Assembly (NCBI GenBank): GCA_963754925.1
Contig: CAVWHX010000011.1
Span: forward strand, 32,001-96,000
DNA length: 64,000 nt
Source of the DNA: an uncultured delta proteobacterium
GTDB lineage: Bacteria > Myxococcota > B64-G9
Direction: 5' to 3'
Part shown: one piece after another, positions 59,886 to 64,000 of the stretch
Layout of the letters: every line of letters begins with the position of its first letter
Position numbering within the stretch: the stretch's first letter is position 1
Notes under the pieces: generated by a model
What the model was told of the DNA's origin: nothing
The model's database searches: none
The model's input: only the letters and a program-made list of their open reading frames with translations
Made by a program: the position numbers and the translations under genes

Positions 59886-60366
59886 ATGGAAAGACGAACG
59901 TTTCTGAAAACTGCAGTCGCAAGCTCTGTCGTGGTGGGCGCTGTCGGAACGGTTGCGGCAACCGAGAATTATTTCCCGGTGATGGTGGACCAGACACTTT
60001 TTGAAGGTATCAACCGGGCCAAGGACCCAGCCAAGAAAATGGGGCTTGAAAAAAGTCATGCCCCGGTACTTACTTCTCCGGCATCGGTAAAGGCTGGACA
60101 GCCATTCACCGTAGAAGTGGCCGTCGGCGAAAATCTCCATCCTATGGGCCCCACCCATTGGATTGAATTTATCGAACTTCGTCTCGGTAACGAACCGGCC
60201 GGGAGGGTTAATCTCCAACCAACAGGGTACCTTATGCCCAAGGTAACCTATACCGTTGTCATCCCGAAGGAAGCGGCGCCTGCGGGTAAGATAAACCTGG
60301 TGGCGAGAGAACAGTGCAACCTCCACGGCCTTTGGGAGGCTAAGCTTCACCATTAACGTAAGCTAA
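59886..60366 (+). CDS. Tat-exported superoxide reductase/desulfoferrodoxin-domain protein (probable frameshift near 60347)
   Basis: RRTFLK Tat motif; EKSHAP, HPM, HWI, CNLHGLW. Confidence 0.85.
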
Positions 60367-60574
60367 GCTTCCAGGGAATACCATGAAGTATAAAAGCGTT
60401 CTTCTAAATGTTTTACCATGCTGCGCGGAGGAGGAAGACTGATCGAATACGGGTTCCCGGGTTTTTCAGGGTTGGCGATAGGTTCTTTTCAACCTTCTGG
60501 AACAAAAGAAGATCAGGCCGATAGTGGCTAAACGGATGATTCGGATACAAAACGTGGGTTCCAAGAGATGAACC

Positions 60575-61442
60575 ATGCACTTCAATTGCGAGCAGAGAAA
60601 ATTTTGTAGCATAATCCTTTGGGGAACATTGTCGCTTTTCTTGTGGGGCTGCTCGACCGCAACGGCAATTTCTCTTTTTCTTTAAATCGACCGACCATTT
60701 TCGTCCGCTCGATAGCGACCAAAGAGTTTTATTTGAACCGGGAGCGGAACAATTCGCAAAGGTGGTGGCTGAAAGACTTCCCGATGCAATGGGGATGGTG
60801 GAACGTAAGCAGTTTGGTCGGTTTAAAAAAAGTATAAAAATTTATGTTTGTGCGACCGCAGACAGCTTTGAAAACATGACCGGCAGGACCGCGAAAGGCG
60901 CTACGGTTCGTGAAAGTGTCTTCTTGTCGCCACGACTCATGGAGCATCCCGAGACGGTTGCTTCCTATCTTACTCACGAACTATCTCATCTTATGTTGGT
61001 GCAGCATATGGGCTTGTACCGATTCATGACGACTCCCCCTTGGTTTACCGAAGGTTTGGCCGTGTTTGTTTCAGAAGGCGGCGGAGCCGGAGATGTCGCC
61101 GAACCGGAAGCGATCAAGATGATTGTATCCGGCAAGGTTTTTGAGCCGAACGATTCCGGCGGCATTCTGGATTTCTTCTTTCGCAAATACGGTGACCACT
61201 GGAATCTCAATCAGCACCTGTTTTATCGGCAGGCATCACTATTTGTGTCGTTCATGAACGAATACAACGCAGATGCTTTCGAAAATATGTTGATAGCCAT
61301 GCAGCAGGGCCAACGTTTCGGCGTATCTTTTCGCCAGGCTTACAACACAACGACCTCAGAACTATGGCAACGCTTTATCAACCAGTTGAAATCCAAAGCC
61401 GAACATGAAACAGATCGTCCCATTGGCTTGAGAAGCAGATGA
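60575..61442 (+). CDS. Peptidase MA-like zinc metalloprotease lipoprotein (frameshift near 60680)
   Basis: LWGC lipobox; HELSH...PPWFTEGLA. Confidence 0.75.
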
Positions 61443-61522
61443 CTCACACGACGAGCAGAATGAAACGGGAAGATCGCCGAAGAAACTGCGTGTCATGATA
61501 CACGTCTATTCAGGAGGATCCT

Positions 61523-63336
61523 GTGAAATCTTACCTGCATAACTCTGCCAAAAAACCACTTTTCTTTATCATAGGTGTCGCTGTTATGGTTGGCTGCTCC
61601 ACCGTACCCATAAAGCCGACGTCTATCTCGCCGGGGGATTACGAATACACAAAACAATATGTGTCCTGGTTGATCCAAAAAGAAATGAAAAGAAATAACG
61701 TCACCGGATTGAGTATCGCTCTGGTGGACGACCAGCGCGTTGTCTGGGCGCAAGGCTTTGGTTACGCAGATACGGCGAACAAAGTGCCGGCGACTCCGGA
61801 GACACTTTACCGTGTAGGTTCTATTTCCAAGTTGTTCACGGCGACAGCGGTGATGCAATTGGCTGAAGAGGGAAAAATTGACATCGATCAACCGTTGCAG
61901 ACCTATCTGCCGGAATTCTCGGTAAAAACCCGTTTCCCGGACGCGGGACCCATAACACCACGCAGTATCATGACCCATCACTCCGGCCTGCCGTCCAATC
62001 ACGAGAAAGGCATGTGGAGCAAAAACCCTGAGCCCTTCACCACCGACGTAACCTATCTCAAAGATGAATATACGGCGTATCCCCCGAATTATATTTTTTC
62101 CTATTCTAACCTCGCCGTGACCATCTTAGGCCCCGTAATCGAGAAAGTGACCGACCGAGACTTTGTCTCCTACATGGATGATGCGCTTCTACGGCCCATG
62201 AACATGACGCATTCCTCGTTTGCTCCCGGACCGGACCTGAAACCATTTTTGAGCAAGGGTTACCGGGACGGTAAAGAAATCGAAGAAGCCGGACTCCGTG
62301 ACGTTCCGGCCGGCGCGTTGCAGTCAAACGTGCTCGAATCTGAGCCGGTTCATGCAGATGCTATTCGCCCAAGGTCGGTCCGGCGGGCATCAGATTATCA
62401 AGCCCGAGACGCTTGCCGAGATGCTGCGGCCCCAGAATGCCGACGTGCCCTTGGACTTCAACTTTCGCACCGGACTAGGTTGGGCGCTCAGCGGCTTGGG
62501 AAGTATCGACATCAAGAACGCCGGGCCGGTTGCGCACCACAGCGGTGCAACGCTCCTGTTCCACAGTGAGCTTATCATTCTGCCGGAACACCAGCTCGGG
62601 GTTGTTGTATTAGCCAATTCATTTTCCTCGGCCGGCGCGGTCAATAAGGCGGCCATCGAAGTGCTGGAAACTGGCCCTTGAAGCCAAAGCCGGCATCAAA
62701 CAACCCGATGAGAAGAAACCCGCGGAGTTCGGCAGCCCATCGACACCGATGGTTCTTCAAGCCTATGAGGGAACGTATGCTACGATAGCGGGCGTTGCGA
62801 AGGTAACTAAAAAATCGGATTACCTGCAGGCAGAAGTCATGGATAAATCATTTCGGCTGGTGCCGCGATCCGATGGACAGTTCGGTTTGCAATACAGACT
62901 CCTCGGCATTATTCCGATAAGCCTGGGCGAGTTCGACAAGCTCGGTTTCTCGCTGGTATCGGTCGCGGGACACGACGTGCTCAAGGCGACCCTCGGGGGC
63001 CAGGAATTGCTCGTCGGCGAAAAAATAAAACCCACGACTATTTCAAAAGCCTGGCGCACGCGCACGGGAGAGTACGAACTGGTTAATCGGGGCGATGATA
63101 TCGTCGCTATCGAAAAGCCGCGGCTTAGCTATGACGATGGCTTTCTGGTCCTGCAATTTACCAAACCCTTCTTCTCGAATGTGGTAAGCCGCGTTGCCCT
63201 GACGCCGGTTGCGGACGACGAAGCCGTCATTGCCGGGCTTGGAAGCGGCTTGGGTGATACCATCAGGGTGATCATGATAGACGGCAAGGAAGGGCTTCAA
63301 TATTCCGGATATCAGTTTAAGAGGAAAACAAAATAA
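61523..63336 (+). CDS. Serine hydrolase (beta-lactamase class C family) lipoprotein (frameshifts near 62338 and 62668)
   Basis: MVGC lipobox; SISK, YSN, HSG motifs across three ORFs. Confidence 0.85.
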
Positions 63337-63652
63337 AGACGCGTTTTGCTCTGTCTGCGACCATCAAGCCCCACGTTTTCTCTTTCTCGCTCCAAAAAAA
63401 CCCTTGCATATTGTGTACACCTATTGCACTATCTCTCCGCCGTAATACCGTTCCTACTGAATTTTTATTGTAAAAGTAAATATACACGTCAAACAATGAA
63501 GACCAGCCTTAATTCCCTAGTTCTTGACAGTTCTCTCAGGTTTCATTCATGTATTGAAAAATTACGCTCCCGCGAAATTTCTGAACGATAGAAGGAAGAA
63601 CCGTGCGAAGAACAACACTTACCCACCGCAACACGTTAACAAGGAGAATACC

Positions 63653-64000
63653 ATGAGATCGACCCGGTCGTTTGAAAGCGCATCGATGTACATCCTAAAT
63701 CGATTAATGTCCTTTACACTCGTTTCTCTTTTTATCGGTTCGTCGATTTTGGGATGCGGAAGCTCCTCTGGTTCCAACAATGGACCGCCGCTCGACGTCG
63801 CGGGCACGTGGACCGGCAGTTACGACCAAGCTGGGTCGAACGGCGGACCGGTTTACAATGTGGCCGTCACGGTCACACTTACCGCGACTCAGAACGGCAA
63901 CAGCGTCAGCTACGCCGGGACGCTAACTAATGGAGCAACCTGGGATTGCCAAAATGGCACGATCAAAGGCACGACCATCACCTTCCCATCCTGTACTGTC
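63653..64000 (+). CDS. Lipoprotein, runs off window end
   Basis: RBS AAGGAG; ILGC lipobox, then GSSSGSNNGPPLDVAGTWTG. Confidence 0.7.
   Translation, partial: MRSTRSFESASMYILNRLMSFTLVSLFIGSSILGCGSSSGSNNGPPLDVAGTWTGSYDQAGSNGGPVYNVAVTVTLTATQNGNSVSYAGTLTNGATWDCQNGTIKGTTITFPSCTV

Noticed and set aside
42155..63336. Calling the frameshifted genes pseudogenes or programmed frameshifts
   Set aside because: Single indels in short runs with otherwise intact sequence and no consistent slippery motif fit sequencing error better
61523..63336. Antibiotic-resistance beta-lactamase
   Set aside because: Motifs fit the broad serine hydrolase family with an extra C-terminal domain; nothing specific to AmpC activity
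24600..64000. Integron integrase, transposase or prophage genes
   Set aside because: I found no tyrosine recombinase, DDE, HUH or phage structural motifs in the ORF track
1..64000. tRNA or rRNA genes
   Set aside because: No cloverleaf or rRNA-like segment recognised by eye; tRNAscan-SE and Infernal would be needed to exclude them

Overview
GC-rich genome segment whose gene content suggests a deltaproteobacterium or Myxococcota-like organism (inference). Core blocks (ilvE, FadF-like oxidoreductase and acyl-CoA dehydrogenase, dnaJ/hsp20, phoH, ftsB, exbBD, and spoIID-queA-tgt-yajC-secD-secF-recJ) alternate with accessory blocks at about 24.6-32.6 kb and 42-64 kb. The accessory blocks hold two integron-type gene-cassette arrays (attC sites at about 27.8-30.4 kb and 50.2-57.2 kb) with no integrase in the window. 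Their cargo includes three HEPN-like proteins (one fused to a RelA/SpoT alarmone synthetase domain) and a secreted serpin. The most unusual signal is non-coding: about 10 copies of a ~45-55 bp two-hairpin element (GGATAAGAG-stem...stem-CTCTA) with compensatory stem changes. Copies sit inside other copies, inside an attC site and inside a MITE-like inverted repeat, which suggests a small mobile element that targets hairpins. Many genes beyond 30 kb have single-base, mostly homopolymer, frameshifts that look like sequencing error.
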